A stretch of 64,000 nucleotides of DNA from the human T2T-CHM13v2.0 reference genome, Homo sapiens (GCF_009914755.1 NC_060930.1); one strand, 5' to 3'; positions 1 to 14,447 are shown, numbered from the stretch's first letter. A program made the numbers and translations. Notes: generated by a model not told the origin, from the sequence alone.

Positions 1-329
1 GATATTTGGTTATACTCTTCTCTTCAATACATAACCTATATCAACATCAGTTGCTAAATGCTTTGAATTTTTTCCCTGTAGACGTTTACATTTCTTTCAT
101 TCTTCTATTATGACTCCCATGAAGTATAACGTCTTTTGATTCTTCCTTAAGTCACCTTGCACAACACTCTTAATTACTAAAGTACTGCTTGGATCATGTC
201 ACACATCTTCATTGTTTTTGGTACTTTCCTATTTCCTATCAGATAAACTAAACACTACTCTTATTTATGGAGAGAAAACAAAAAAGAATCTCAAATTGTT
301 GCTCAGCTCAACAGCCATAAACCTCATTT

Positions 330-680
330 TTAGAAGACTCTACCATTGTTCATGCCATTTCTTATGCCTAGAGATAATGCCCTCTTCACTTTTTCCACTA
401 TCCAAATTCCACTTATCATCTAAGACTCACTCTGGAAGTCATCTCAACAATGATATTTGCTTTAATCTCCTCGGGTGACAGAGATCCCTCTTTCCTGGTC
501 AATGTGACAGTCCTGAATTTTTAGAGCTCCATCACCCTCTTATGCTGTTTGTGTTAAAGTTACTGGTGTCTTTAAATCTTCTGTGAGACAGTAAACAACT
601 TGAAGATAGAGAATATGTCTTGTGTATCTTTTAGCCATCACAAAACTTTACATAGTAGATGTTCAACAACACCAGTAAAG
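330..680 (+). mobile_element. LINE-2 3' fragment (degenerate)
   Basis: L2-like 3' end motifs (gtaaacaacttgaagatagagaatatgtcttg...catagtagatgttcaac); boundaries approximate. Confidence 0.5.
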
Positions 681-857
681 ATATGAATCTGTTTGTTAGT
701 AATGTTAGTGCAAGAAAGGTCAAAAAAAAAAAAAAGGAGGTGCAAAAGAGTGAGACAGAATTATTTTACTGTCTATTCAGTAAACTGAGACATTCATAGA
801 TCATATATTAAGACTTCTTAATCAGGGTTATAAAAATCCATTTAAAAATGAATTCAT

Positions 858-1196
<339 letters not shown>

Positions 1197-1873
1197 TTAA
1201 AAATACTATGAAGCTATGCACCTTGAAAGAATTCTTTACCTTCTGGCCAGTGCTAGAGAGGTAACGGGTCCTGCGTGCTTATTATCCTGAAGGGGTCTAG
1301 TAGTGAATGAAGTTAAGAATAATGGTCCCATGGAAAGCTTTTGAACTAAGAAATAATTCCCGTTTGAATTAACAAGTAAGTCTGGAGCTTGTTTTCTATT
1401 CAAAACAGTTTGTTGTTATATAGTAAGAGATAGGAAAAAGGTAAGCCACAGGACCTCCTCAAGAATCTTGAAGTCTAACAGGAGAGGCAGAAAAATTGAT
1501 GATAGCCTGAGATTATCACCCAGCCTCAAAGATCCAGCCCTAAGCTGAACATGTCCAGGGAAGCCAGCAGAAATCACTCATGGCCCCACTGCCGTTATGG
1601 ACTGACTGTTGTCTCAGAGAGCCATCTCTGCAGCGCCTCTGCCTCTACAGACCAGAGCTGGAAATCTTCTCTGGGATAACTCCAAGGTCTTCAGCTCTGG
1701 CTCCTCAGCCTGTGGAGCTTGAGTCTCCCAAGCATGATGGCTATGGCCTAGTGCGCAGGAAGAGCCAGGTCATCTCCTCCTCCTCCTCCTTCTCCTCCAC
1801 CCTGCCAGCATTTATGCTGTCTCCACCCCTTACACCCTGCACTAATGCTCTTCAGCTCAGATTTACCACAAAT

Positions 1874-2190
1874 CAGAGCTGTTCAGTAGAAATAATAATT
1901 CCACTCATCAGAGCCACAAATGTAATTTTAAATTTTCTGGTAGCCACATTTTTTTAATGTACAATGAAACCAGTAAAACTAATTTTCATTTTAGTAATAT
2001 TTAAGCCCATATATCCAACATATTAGCATGTAAACATGTTATCAAAAGTTATTTATATAGTTTGCATTTTTATACTGTCTTTCAAATCCAGTGTTGTATT
2101 TTATGCTTATAGTGCTTTTCAATCCAGAGTAGCCATATTTGAATTCAGACTTGTAACACAGAGATTATCATAATGCACAGCAAAGTTCTA
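1874..2190. mobile_element. hAT-Charlie DNA transposon relic (MER33-like)
   Basis: gagccacaaatgtaattttaaattttctggtagccacatt and tcaaatccagtgt motifs. Confidence 0.6.
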
Positions 2191-3829
2191 GATATTTGAC
2201 ATCCATGTGGAGACTGAGAAAAGAAAAGATACTCAACACAGTAAAGTTGGGCATGTCCACCTTGCCTACTCTACCATACCCTAGTTACCAGATTCTGGAA
2301 GGAACATGTGGTCCTCTGAGCCCTTCCAGTGGTAATTATCAAGTATACTTAAGTACCGTTAGGACCTGGAGGTCCCAAATAATGTCAAATATAAAGAGTA
2401 ATATTGAATATCCTCCTTATTCTTGATTAAAAAAAAGCGTATCTGACATTTTTCTATTAAGTATAACATTTGCTCTAGATTGTTAGTATGTGCTGTCTAT
2501 TATCCTTAACTTGTAATGTTTTTTCATCAACAATGAATTTTTATTCTTATCAAATGATGAACTTCTATTAAGAACATCTGAAATTTTTTCATTCCTTAAT
2601 CTGTTAATGTAGCAAATTTATTAATATACTTTCTAATGTCAAGCCAAACTTGAAACTAGAATACAAGAATTTAATATTTGGTATGTTATCTAAATTCAGT
2701 TTGCTACTATTTTGCTTAAGTGTTTTTCCCTCTATGTTCATGAGTAGACGGGCCTGTTATTTTTATTTTACTCCATCTATCTAATTTTGATATGAAGTTA
2801 CTTTAGTATTGCAAAAAAAATCTATTCTGTAGTTTTCTACTGCCTAGGAATTTTTTTACGACCAAAATCATCTATACCTTTAAAAGTTTGTAGAACTCAT
2901 TTATAAAATTGCCTAGATCTGATGTTTTCTTTGTGTAAAGATTAACTAATGATTCAATGTCTTTAAATGTTATTTAACAACCCAAGTTTTCTATTTTAAA
3001 AAGTCATAAGAAAAGACAGACTAAAAGAAATGCTATACTACAGATACAGATGTAATTGCTGTCAAAATATTAAAAATTAAGATAGCTAAAGAGAAACAGA
3101 AAAGAAGAGGTTGTAGGCCCTAAGTTAAGATTTGAAAGATGATAGAGAATAGGCCCGCGCTGGCCAGGAGGTGGAAATCCTGACACAATGCATCGTAGGA
3201 GTATAATTTCAAAAGCATCAGCTGTGTAATATGTTCATGGAGGAGCAAATGTTCAAGTCTGGGTGCACTTCATAAAAAAAAAATAGAAGAAAATGAAAAG
3301 CAGACTGGAACTTGAATTCAGTGCTTAGGTGTTTGGACCTGACCTTAGTTATTTATAAGTTGTCAAAAATAATGGAACTGTTTCCTTGTCTTTGTTTATT
3401 GACAGATTAGAGCTGCCTAATATTGTTATGAATCAACATGTGTTGTACTCTTCTTGTTTACTTTTGTCAACATTTTCTAAGTTTACAAATTATTCTGTAG
3501 TGTTCTGAGAAAACTAGTGCTAGTAATGGTTACATCACATCTTGAGTGTCTTTCCCTTTAAAATTTTATCTGAAAGGAGAGAATCAGGCTCATGGTTAAT
3601 CAGTTACTTCCTGGATGAAATAACGATTTTCACCCTACATAAAAAATAAAATGGAAAAAGTGTAAAACTTTAACTAGGAGTTACTTTATGATGGACTTAC
3701 GTTATTTCTGTCCTAGCCAGTTTAATGCTAGAAATTGTTATAAAATACTGTGATACATAAAGAATAAGATACTGGTCCTGGCCCAGGAATTTAGCAGCTT
3801 GATAACTCTGAGAGAGGAGAACTGTAGGA

Positions 3830-4140
3830 GAGCTATAATTTATTGACTCCTGTTATGTGCCAAGCACTAAGTCAAGTGTTTTGCGTATATAACTTCATTT
3901 CTCCTTGCTATAATTCTATTAGTTAGATATCATTTCTTTTGATTTAATAATGTAACCCAGGTTCTAAAATGTATATAGTCAATACAATTTTAAATTTTAA
4001 TATTAATTTAAAAATAAAAGGCATAATTTTTTTCAAAAATACTTGTTAGATAAAACAATGTTTAATAACTTATACAAGGTCATACACATATTACTTGGCA
4101 GACACAGAACTGAACCCAGGTCTCTGATCCATTGACCATG
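3830..4140 (-). mobile_element. MIR SINE (degenerate)
   Basis: tattgactcctgttatgtgccaagcactaag start; aaggtcatacaca...gaacccaggtctct core. Confidence 0.5.
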
Positions 4141-5712
4141 CTCCAAAACATGTTTTATTGACTGTCTGCAACATGGTTCATAAAATACAATGTTGACTAG
4201 AAGAAAGAGGTGATTGTTATTTAATAAATCTAGATTTCTTATAGAACTGTGTAAACTACTTAACTCAGCACAAGGTACATAAAAAAACAGTTAATAACAG
4301 TCATTATTGCTAATATAATTAATACTGTTTATTAATAAGGTAAGTCTAGCCAAAATATTAAGCAGTAAAATTTCCAGTACAAAAATTGAATTACTGTGCT
4401 GGAATCACCAGATGACTATAAATTCTTTGCTTTGCTTAGGAATAAAAGAGCTCTGGGGAGAAGGATCTATGTGAAATGGATATGGAGGCTTTGTGTCTGC
4501 TGCAGAGACACAGAAAGGGTAAGAGCCAAGGCATTCTTAGGAAGAAAAGTTTATTTGTTTTTCTTTCCCTAGGTTCAGATTTCCAGAGGCCCCAAACATA
4601 AGCAAAAGAAGGAAAAAAAAATACAGAGTTGAAAGGTAAGGTTTAGATAAACGTGACTCATTTGTTCAGAGAAAGAGTTCGAGTTCCAAAGAGATAATGG
4701 GAAGGAGCACCCTTGAGGACTGGGGCAGTCAGAGAAGAGGCCCAGGCTGGGTCATTTTTTTTTTAAGAGACATGTCTATTAGGTTAAATAAGCCAAATAG
4801 AGATTTTGAGGGCAGAGAAAGCTTGTAAACCAAGAAATAACTCAGAATTGGTCAGGAAGATGGTGATAGCAACACAAGCAGAGAAGGGTATGGTCTCATC
4901 TCCTCACCAAATAGCAGTCAAACTCGAGTATTCGATGTTCTGCCAAATAATATCAAGGTAGAGGTGCTCAAACTAAAATAAACATTTAAGATAAAAATTA
5001 TTGTGGTTTTATCAGGTGGCGTTTAAAAACAAAGGACAAAAGCAAAGCTATAGCTTGGCCCTGTTCTCTATGTGTCTGTCAGCAGAGAAGCAAGCAAATG
5101 AGAAGGAAAAAAATAAACATAATTAATGAAGAAGAAATAATACCCATACCTCTGATTTCCGGAAAAGTTACTATAATGCCTAATTCAAAAGAAAAATTAA
5201 AAGTGCAAACAGTGAAAATATTTTATCCAAAAGAAAATTATTACTTTTTAAAGCATTTAGTAGTAAGAAACTATTATGTAACAAAGTATCTAAAGAAAAT
5301 TAATTTTTAAAGCAATTTATTAAGGGAGCCAAGAAAGAGGATCGCTTATTTAGTGCAATCTTGTTCCAACTGAAAATTGAAACAGAACATTTCCCACAGA
5401 TTTAGAAACAATCTATTGAAAAAAATTTAAGCATCTTACCAATGCAAGAAAATTGATTCATTCCCTTCCCATTTCAAAAAAAAAAATCCCAGTTATTACA
5501 TGCACTAATGAAGGGCAATGATCAGAGCCCAAGCCTGCAAGGTTATAGCCAGCTAATATGAGGAAGCAAGTTCATATAAATTTTTCTCTAAGCAGTCTTT
5601 AATTTTTTTCTGTTTTGCACTTTTTTCAAGGTGGGAGGGGGGGTCCAGTGGAATTTGGATGGGTGACACTTTCTTTTATGCACGTGTTAATTTAATAAGG
5701 CCAACAGCACAC

Positions 5713-6080
5713 TGTCAAAGTCAGTTTAGGCTGTTATAAAGGAATACCATAGACAGGGTGACTTAAACAACAGAAATTTAATTCTCACAGTTCTCACAGT
5801 TCTGGAAGCAGGAAGTCCAAGATTGAGGTACTCAAAGATGAGGAGTCTGGTGAGTGCTGTCCTCCTGGTTTGCAAAGGGTCATCTTCTCCTTGTATCCTC
5901 ACATAGTAGAGAGAGATCATCTCTCTCCTGTTTGATCTAAGGGCACTAATTCTATTAATGGGGGCTCCATTCTCACGACTTAATTATCTCCCAAAGGCCC
6001 ATCTCACAAAACCATCATACTGGGTATTTAAGCTTCCATATATGAATTTTGAGGGTACACAAACATTCAGTGCATGGAAC
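5713..6080 (-). mobile_element. MaLR solo LTR (MLT1A-like)
   Basis: ggctgttataaaggaataccatagac...ttaaacaacagaaatttaattctcacagttctgg...gaattttgagggtacacaaacattcag; TG...CA ends. Confidence 0.8.
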
Positions 6081-6684
6081 ATACCAATAACTGTTAGAAC
6101 TGTATCATTAAGAATATCTTCTAGTCTCAGGATGACAGAGGGGTAAATAAAGAGATGTCACTCTACTTTCTATGTCTTGACTTAAAATCTTCATCTCCAC
6201 CACCCCAAGGAGCTCAGAAATTTAAATTTTTCTCATTAATTATACTCTTAAAGTTATTGTCCTCCCTTGAATGGGCACTAAAATGCACAGAAAGAATCCT
6301 CCCCAGACCAAAGACAGGGATGAAATTTATGAATAGTACAAACAAATAATGGCATTGACATGAATGGAAGGAAATACACATGGGCAAGAACAGAAATGTT
6401 CATGGGGCCAAGGGATAAAGGAATAAACTCATGACCATTCCAGACATGGTGCTATTTCATCTGAGTCCTCAACGAAGACCATTCTTTATTACAGAATTCT
6501 TTATTACAGAATGGTCTTCCTTTAGCTAAAAAGGATACCCATTTCAATCAACTCTGTGCTGTTTTAAGAGGCTTGGGCCAGAATTGGCACAGGAAGGAAA
6601 ACAGAGAAATCTATATAGTCATTAGATGAATGAGTTGCCACAACAGATTTTGCAACTAATTTTCCTCCCTGTCAAAAATGGATC

Positions 6685-7315
6685 AATATACCATACTTTC
6701 TTTACCCACTTATCTATTGATAAGCACTTAGGTTGATTTAATAGTTTGGCTATTGTGACTACTGCTGCAATAAACATGGAAGTGCAAATCTCTCTTTGAT
6801 GTACTGATTTTCTTTCCTTTGGATATATATCCGGAATTACTGGATCATATGGTAATTCTATTTTTAGGATTTTTTGTATGCTAAGTGAAATGAGCCAGGC
6901 ACAGAAAGACAAATACAACATGTTCTCATTCATATGTGGGAGCTAAAAAAAAAAATATCTCAAAGAAGGAGAGAGTAGAATAGTGGTTATCAGAGTCTAG
7001 GAAGGGTAGCAGGGAGGGAAGAATAGGAAGAGCTTGGTTAATGGGTAAAATATTGCATTTAGATAGGAAGAATAAGTTCTAGGGTTCTATAGCACAGCAG
7101 GATGACTATACTTAATAATGTATTGTATAGTTCAAAATAGTTAGAAGAGAGGATTTTTAATGTTACCAACACAAAGAAATGATAGATATTTGAGGATGAT
7201 GATAATTACACTTTGCAGTTTGATAATTTGATAATGACACTTTGTATACATGTATCAACATACCACATATGCCCCATGAATATGTGCAATTATTATGTCA
7301 ATTAATTTTTTTAAA
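6685..7315 (+). mobile_element. L1MA-type 3' fragment with 5' inversion (6685-6876 inverted; 6877-7315 sense)
   Basis: Minus-strand ORF2 C-terminal peptide IELPYDP...FIAAVVTIAK...PKC..IDKWVKKVWY joined directly to sense tatgctaagtgaaatgagccaggcacagaaagac and an L1M 3' UTR. Confidence 0.8.
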
Positions 7316-8378
7316 CAAAATAAATCTATAGCAGCTGAAAAGAAAACACAGATCAATAGGATTTTCAGAAGATATGGGAAAGAAATTCTCTGTACTTTAC
7401 AAAAGCAGAAAACAAAATAATTCAATTTGTGCCCCCAGGAACTTTGAGCAGCTAAAGTGCAGAGTGCATTCTGAAGAAGAGCAGAGGAAAATGAAATCAG
7501 GAAAACAGCACAGAACCAAAATACAGACATTGCTTATGAAAGTTTTTAGCCCATCAGGAGTGGGGAGTGAAAAATTTATTAATCAGGTATTTTACACAAT
7601 CAACTACCTATAGTGGTAATGTGGAGAAGACATAAAATGAGGAGATGTTGAGAGCAGGGAGAACAAGTGGAGGCAATAACACACAGGGCAAAAAGGGGTT
7701 GAACTAGAAGAAATGGAGAGAGTGGACCATTTTCAACTGTGTCACACAGATAGATTCAGTTCTAGAAATAAACTTGATTTTTTATCTGCATTTTGGTTAG
7801 CTAGGATTTGTGAAGAATTTTCCGACCTGTGAAATTAAAAAACCTTGGTCAATAAAGATTTACCTGAACCATAAAGACATGCAATGACTTCTCATAATAA
7901 ATAAAAATACTTTTTATTCTTTAAAAAACGATCAAATCTTGATCATTTTAAAAGATCAAAACTTCAAATTGGCAAAATAATCATAGAAAAAATGTGTCAT
8001 TCGAAGATTTCCTGGAAAAGTGAGATGCTCAGAAGTGATAGCTATAGGATTTTTATTCAATTGTAGAAATTAATTAAAGTGATCTCTCAGTTGCCTTGTC
8101 CTGAATAATGACCAATAGAATCATTAGTTAATTATACACTATATGTTTTTAAACTATATAGACCATCTATCTATAAAAGATTTCAAATAACTGATAAAGG
8201 CAATTGTATATAATAGGACTGAGAATAAGCAGGGAGAAGAGAGTTAAGCTCTGTAAAAGAAAAGGGCTGATAAATGCAACCAAAATATGGGCTTACATAA
8301 TTCTTCAAACTTAGCATTTAAAAATAAGCACTAGACTTCCTGGAAGCCAGTTATTATTTTTTAATATTAAAAAATTCT

Positions 8379-8710
<332 letters not shown>

Positions 8711-8724
8711 TCATTAGCCATTTC

Positions 8725-9057
8725 TTTTTTTTATTTTTAATTATTATGGATACATAATGGTTGTACATATATCTGGGGTGCACGTGAAATTTTGATACAA
8801 GCATATGAAGATCAAATCAAGGTAATTAGGATATTCATCACTTCAAGTATTTATCATTTATTTATATTAGGAACTTTCTAATTCCACTATTGTAGATATT
8901 TTGATATACACAATTAATTATTATTAACCATAGTTGCCCTATTGTGTTACTGAACACTAAACCTTATTTCTTCTATCTAACTGAATTTTGGTACCCATTA
9001 ACCATCCCTTTATCATACCCAATCCCCCTGTCCTTCCCAGCCTCTGGTAACCACTAT
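8725..9057 (-). mobile_element. L1MA 3' UTR fragment
   Basis: T-rich tail then tacataatggttgtacatat...cccagcctctggtaaccact; degenerate TSD agccatttc/agctatttc. Confidence 0.8.
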
Positions 9058-9519
9058 CAGCTATTTCATTTTAAATTCTTTATAGTCTCTTCCAAACTGA
9101 TAATCAGACATATCCAATTGGATTTTCAGCCAGAGCTTTAAATGACATCTAAATTCATTATATTTTCCACTAAATCAATATCCTATGCTGGCTTCTTTGA
9201 AGTACCTATTAATGGCATCACCATTTTCCCAAAACACAGTAATTCACATACATTATCAAAAAAGAAAAGACTATAGAAAAAAGTAATATAAGCACTCTTA
9301 GAATTATAGCTATAGCTATAGATATACTTTCAAACCTTTTCTATACATGCCTGCATATTATTTTAATGATGTATTTTACATACTACTCAGTGATCCATTT
9401 TTATCATTTAGCAATAGATTGTGAATATTTATGACCAAATATACAGATTTATATCTTCAGTTTTGTGACTGTATTATATAGATTGGTTCTAATTTGCTGC
9501 TTCAAAAACAAAGATTCAA

Positions 9520-9931
<412 letters not shown>

Positions 9932-10194
9932 CTATTTTTATAGTTTCTGGCATGCATTCCCAAATTCCCTATCTGGAGATTTGGCTAATTTATATTTCCA
10001 CTAGCAGTGAATGAATGCACCTGTTTATAGAGATTTTGGTCTTTGATCCATGGTATTTTTTATTCCTTTTGTTTCTATCACTGTTAATTGTAAATTCACA
10101 TTGTCTCAATGAGTCACTATCATGTACTCATCTACCCTACATCTTAGCAGGATGATTGCAATAATGTCCTGACTGGTCCCCAACTTCCAGTAAT

Positions 10195-10503
10195 TTGCTC
10201 AGCATTATGGTGATACCAAATAACCAGATTGTCCACATGGGTGGCTGAGATAGTGAACCCATTGCTTTCTTTTGGTTCAATGTATACAAGCTTTGCTTCA
10301 TGCACAAATTATTGAAAATATTGAATAAAATTATCTTCAGGCTATGTGCATAAGGTGTATATGAAACAAATAATTTTCATGTTTAGGCTTGAGTCCTATT
10401 CTAAGACAGTGATAATATGTATACAAATATTTCAAAATACAAAAAAAAATTAATCTGAAACACTTCTGGTTCCAAGCATTTTGGAAAAGGGATACTCAAC
10501 CTG
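10195..10503. mobile_element. Tigger4/MER46-type DNA transposon end
   Basis: Ends in TIR-like aagggatactcaacctg; internal cttcaggctatgtgcataaggtgtatatgaaac. Confidence 0.75.
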
Positions 10504-10619
10504 TTTATCCAAATAAGCCTATTGCTTAAGGAATAAAAATATAAAAGATTGAACTAATACTACATATTAACAGCATGTGAGCTGGGAATATGCTAAAGAC
10601 AGTTAAAGTAGTCTCCAAA

Positions 10620-13330
10620 TGAGAGTAAAAATATTGATTACATCATTTTAGAATTCATTAAATTTAAGTTGCATGTTTCAATTTCTAAGATACCAATTAA
10701 AATAAATGTGGGCAAATCATCTCTAAACCAGAGAGAAAAAAGGTGAACTAAAGAAAAACTTGATCTGAAAGTAAGCAAGAAAAAAAGAAAAGAAACATGG
10801 AAACCCAAAATATAACATTAGAAATAAATTCAAATACAGCTGTAATTACAATACATTTAAATGGATTGAGTTCACCAGTGGAAACAAATTTTAAAAATGC
10901 CATATTGGTTGGACTTTATTTTTTTTTTTCTTTCTTTTTTTTTTTTTATTGATCATTCTTGGGTGTTTCTCACAGAGGGGGATTTCGCAGGGTCATAGGA
11001 CAATAGTGGAGGGAAGGTCAGCAGATAAACAAGTGAACAAAGGTCTCTGGTTTTCCTAGGCAGAGGACCCTGCGGCCTTCCGCAGTGTTTGTGTCCCTGG
11101 GTACTTGAGATTAGGGAGTGGTGATGACTCTTAACGAGCATGCTGCCTTCAAGCATCTGTTTAACAAAGCACATCTTGCACCACCCTTAATCCATTTAAC
11201 CCTGAGTGGACACAGCACATGTTTCAGAGAGCACAGGGTTGGGGGTAAGGTCACAGATCAACAGGATCCCAAGGCCAAAGAATTTTTCTTAGTACAGAAC
11301 AAAATGAAAAGTTTCCCATGTCTACTTCTTTCTACACAGACACGGCAACCATCCGATTTCTCAATCTTTTCCCCACCTTTCCGCCCTTTCTATTCCACAA
11401 AACCGCCATTGTCATCATGGCCCGTTCTCAATGAGCTGTTGGGTACACCTCCCAGACGGGGTGGCGGCCGGGCAGAGGGGCTCCTCACTTCCCAGTAGGG
11501 GCGGCCGGGCAGAGGCGCCCCTCACCTCCCGGACGGGGTGGCTGGTCGGGCGGGGGGCTGAACCCCCACCTCCCTCCCGGACGGGGTGGCTGGCCGGGCA
11601 GAGGGGCTCCTCACTTCCCAGTAGGGGCGGCCCGGCAGAGACGCCCCTCACCTCCCGGACGGGGCGGCTGGCCGGGCGGGGGGCTGACCCCCCCACCTGC
11701 CTCCCGGACGGGGCGGCTGGCCGGGCGGAGATGCTCCTCACTTCCCAGACGGTGTGGTTGCCGGGCGGAGGGGCTCCTCACTTCTCAGATGGGGCGGTTG
11801 CCAGGCGGAGGGTCTCCTCACCTCTCAGACGGGGCGGCCGGGCAGAGACGCTCCTCACCTCCCAGATGGGGTCGCGGCCGGGCAGAGGCGCTCCCCACAT
11901 CTCAGACGATGGGCGGCCGGGCAGAGACGCTCCTTACTTCCTAGATGGGATGGCGGCCAGGAAGAGGCGCTCCTCACTTCCTAGATGGGATGGCGGCCGG
12001 GCAGAGACGCTCCTCACTTTCCAGACTGGGCAGCCAGGCAGAGGGGCTCCTCACGTCCCAGACGATGGGCGGCCAAGCAGAGACGCTCCTCACTTCCCAG
12101 ACGGGGTGGCGGCCGGGCAGAGGCTGCACTCTCCGCGCTTTGGGAGGCCAAGGCAGGCGGCTGGGAGGTGGAGGTTGTAGCAAGCCGAGATCACTCCACT
12201 GCACTCCAGCCTGGGCACCATTGAGCACTGAGTTAACGAGATTCCGTCTGCAATCCCGGCACCTCGGGAGGCTGAGGCTGGCGGATCACTCGCGGTTAGG
12301 AGCTGGAGACCAGCCCGGCCAACACAGCAAAACCCCGTCTCCACCAAAAAAAATACGAAAACCAGTCAGGCGTGGCGGCGCGCGCCTGCAATCGCAGGCA
12401 CTCGGCAGGCCGAGGCAGGAGAATCAGGCAGGGAGGTTGCAGTGAGCCGAGATGGCAGCAGTACAGTCCAGCTTCGACTCGGCATCAGAGGGAGACCGTG
12501 GAAAGAGAGGGAGAGGGAGACCGTGGGGAGAGGGGAGAGGGGAGAGGGGAGAGCTTGGTTGGACTTTAAAATCAAGCTATGTATTATTGGTAAGATATAT
12601 CCCAAAATTTAATGAACCTTAAAGCTATTATAAAAGCATGATTTGTCATAAAGAGATTTACAACCTAATAAAAGTTTTAATTAACAAGGAAAATAAAATA
12701 CCTAAAAATTTTATGCACTTAATAAGATAGCTACAAAACAGATAAGGTAAAAAAAAAAATTGAGAACATCACAAAAAGAAATGGAACAATCACCAACCAC
12801 CAACATGGTGGGAGCATTTACATATATCTCTCAATAATGGATAAGTCAATCAAACCAGAAAGGACATGGAGCATTTAAAGAGCACAATTAACAAGCTTGA
12901 TCTAAGGGGATTATATAGAACTTTAAACTGGTGATTAAGGAATACACATTCTGTTAAGTTAAATGCAGACAACTGATCATGTAATAGGCCATAATCTAGT
13001 CTCAACAAATTTTAAAAATATGTAATTTAATACAGAATATAACCTCAGATCAGAATGTAAGTAAATTAGAAATCATTGTGGATAAGATAAAATGTTGTAT
13101 AATTTTATTTAAAAAATTATAAGACACATGTTAACTCATAAGTCAATTAAAAATACAATGGAAATAAATATGCATCTAAAATTGATATATACAGACTATA
13201 TACAAAAGTTGTTAAATATAAGTAAAAGAGAATTTAAAGGGAAACATACAGTATAAATGCTTATATAAGAAGAAAGGTAGATAACTAATGTACTAATTGT
13301 GCAACTTAAGGAATTAGATTAAAGAACAGT
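10620..13330 (+). mobile_element. Old L1M ORF2 (endonuclease-region) fragment, interrupted by the SVA
   Basis: A-rich degenerate ORF2-like sequence on both sides of the SVA (aaatggattgagttcacca; aatttttatgcacttaataag; tagtctcaacaaattttaaaa). Confidence 0.6.
10919..12554 (-). mobile_element. SVA retrotransposon (SVA_D/E/F group), apparently full length
   Basis: On + strand: poly(T), SINE-R (~10945-11450), GC-rich VNTR (~11450-12120), Alu-like domain, short CCCTCT/CCCCTCT head; TSD TTGGTTGGACTTTA at 10905-10918 and 12555-12568. Confidence 0.98.
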
Positions 13331-13342
13331 AAACAGTAAAAC

Positions 13343-13627
<285 letters not shown>

Positions 13628-14447
13628 TGAATATCTTCTCCCATTCTGTAGGCTCTCTGTTTACTCTGTTGATAGTTTCTTTTGCTGTGCAGAAGCTGTT
13701 TTTTTGTTTTTTTTGTTTTTGTTTTAAGAGCAATGATCTATATTCATGTTCTGCTCTCTGTTTTTTACAGTTTTTGAAATTAATCCTCAACCTCTAGACT
13801 TTTTATGAGAATTTAACTTTCTTGCATCAGAGTGGTACCAGACTGTACTCTTGATAACTTTTAATGCAGGTTTTAATTATGTTATTGCATGCTTAATTTT
13901 CTTAGCTCACACAGCCAACTACTTTTGTGTTTTTAACTGTTTCTGAATCAGGTTCTCATTTATTCTCTATCCATTCTCTTAACTTTCTATCTTTCATTAC
14001 TTTTAGAAGGATCTTGTAAGCGTGGAGCTGCCAAATAATGTTCCCACCTTACTGTCAGGTATCTGGGGCCCTTGGATCCTTGGATGCAGGTTATTTTAAA
14101 TGTCTGAAATTACAACAGTGAAAATGAATCCAAGTGGAAGGTTTCTCCTCTCCCAGTGGTGCTCTTGCCTTCTGTGGAAGTCTTCCAGAATTCTCTGTGC
14201 TAACCTACTTCACCAAAAGGGAAAATTTCAAATTTGGCTCTCAGAGTTCTCATCAATCTATACCATCACGCACAAATTCCTGAAATGTTATGGCAAATTT
14301 ACAGTATTTTCCCCTCATTCTATTATTTTTGTCATTACAGATGAGGATATAAGAGGAGGAACTAGAAGTCAGTGTTTAGGTAATCATTTTATCTGACAGT
14401 CCCTCAAATAGATTTTTTCAACTAAACATTTTAAAAATCAGGGAAGT

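Noticed and set aside
1580-1957. 125-aa ORF
   Set aside because: Low-complexity Ser run, runs into a MER33-like relic, no recognisable homology or convincing splice context
7922-7950. Short imperfect AT-rich inverted repeat (aaaacgatcaa/ttgatcatttt)
   Set aside because: Expected by chance in AT-rich DNA; no transposon TIR or TSD signature
11118-12605. Cluster of long overlapping ORFs (up to 249 aa)
   Set aside because: All lie within the GC-rich SVA VNTR/Alu-like/SINE-R sequence, where stop codons are scarce; SVA is non-coding
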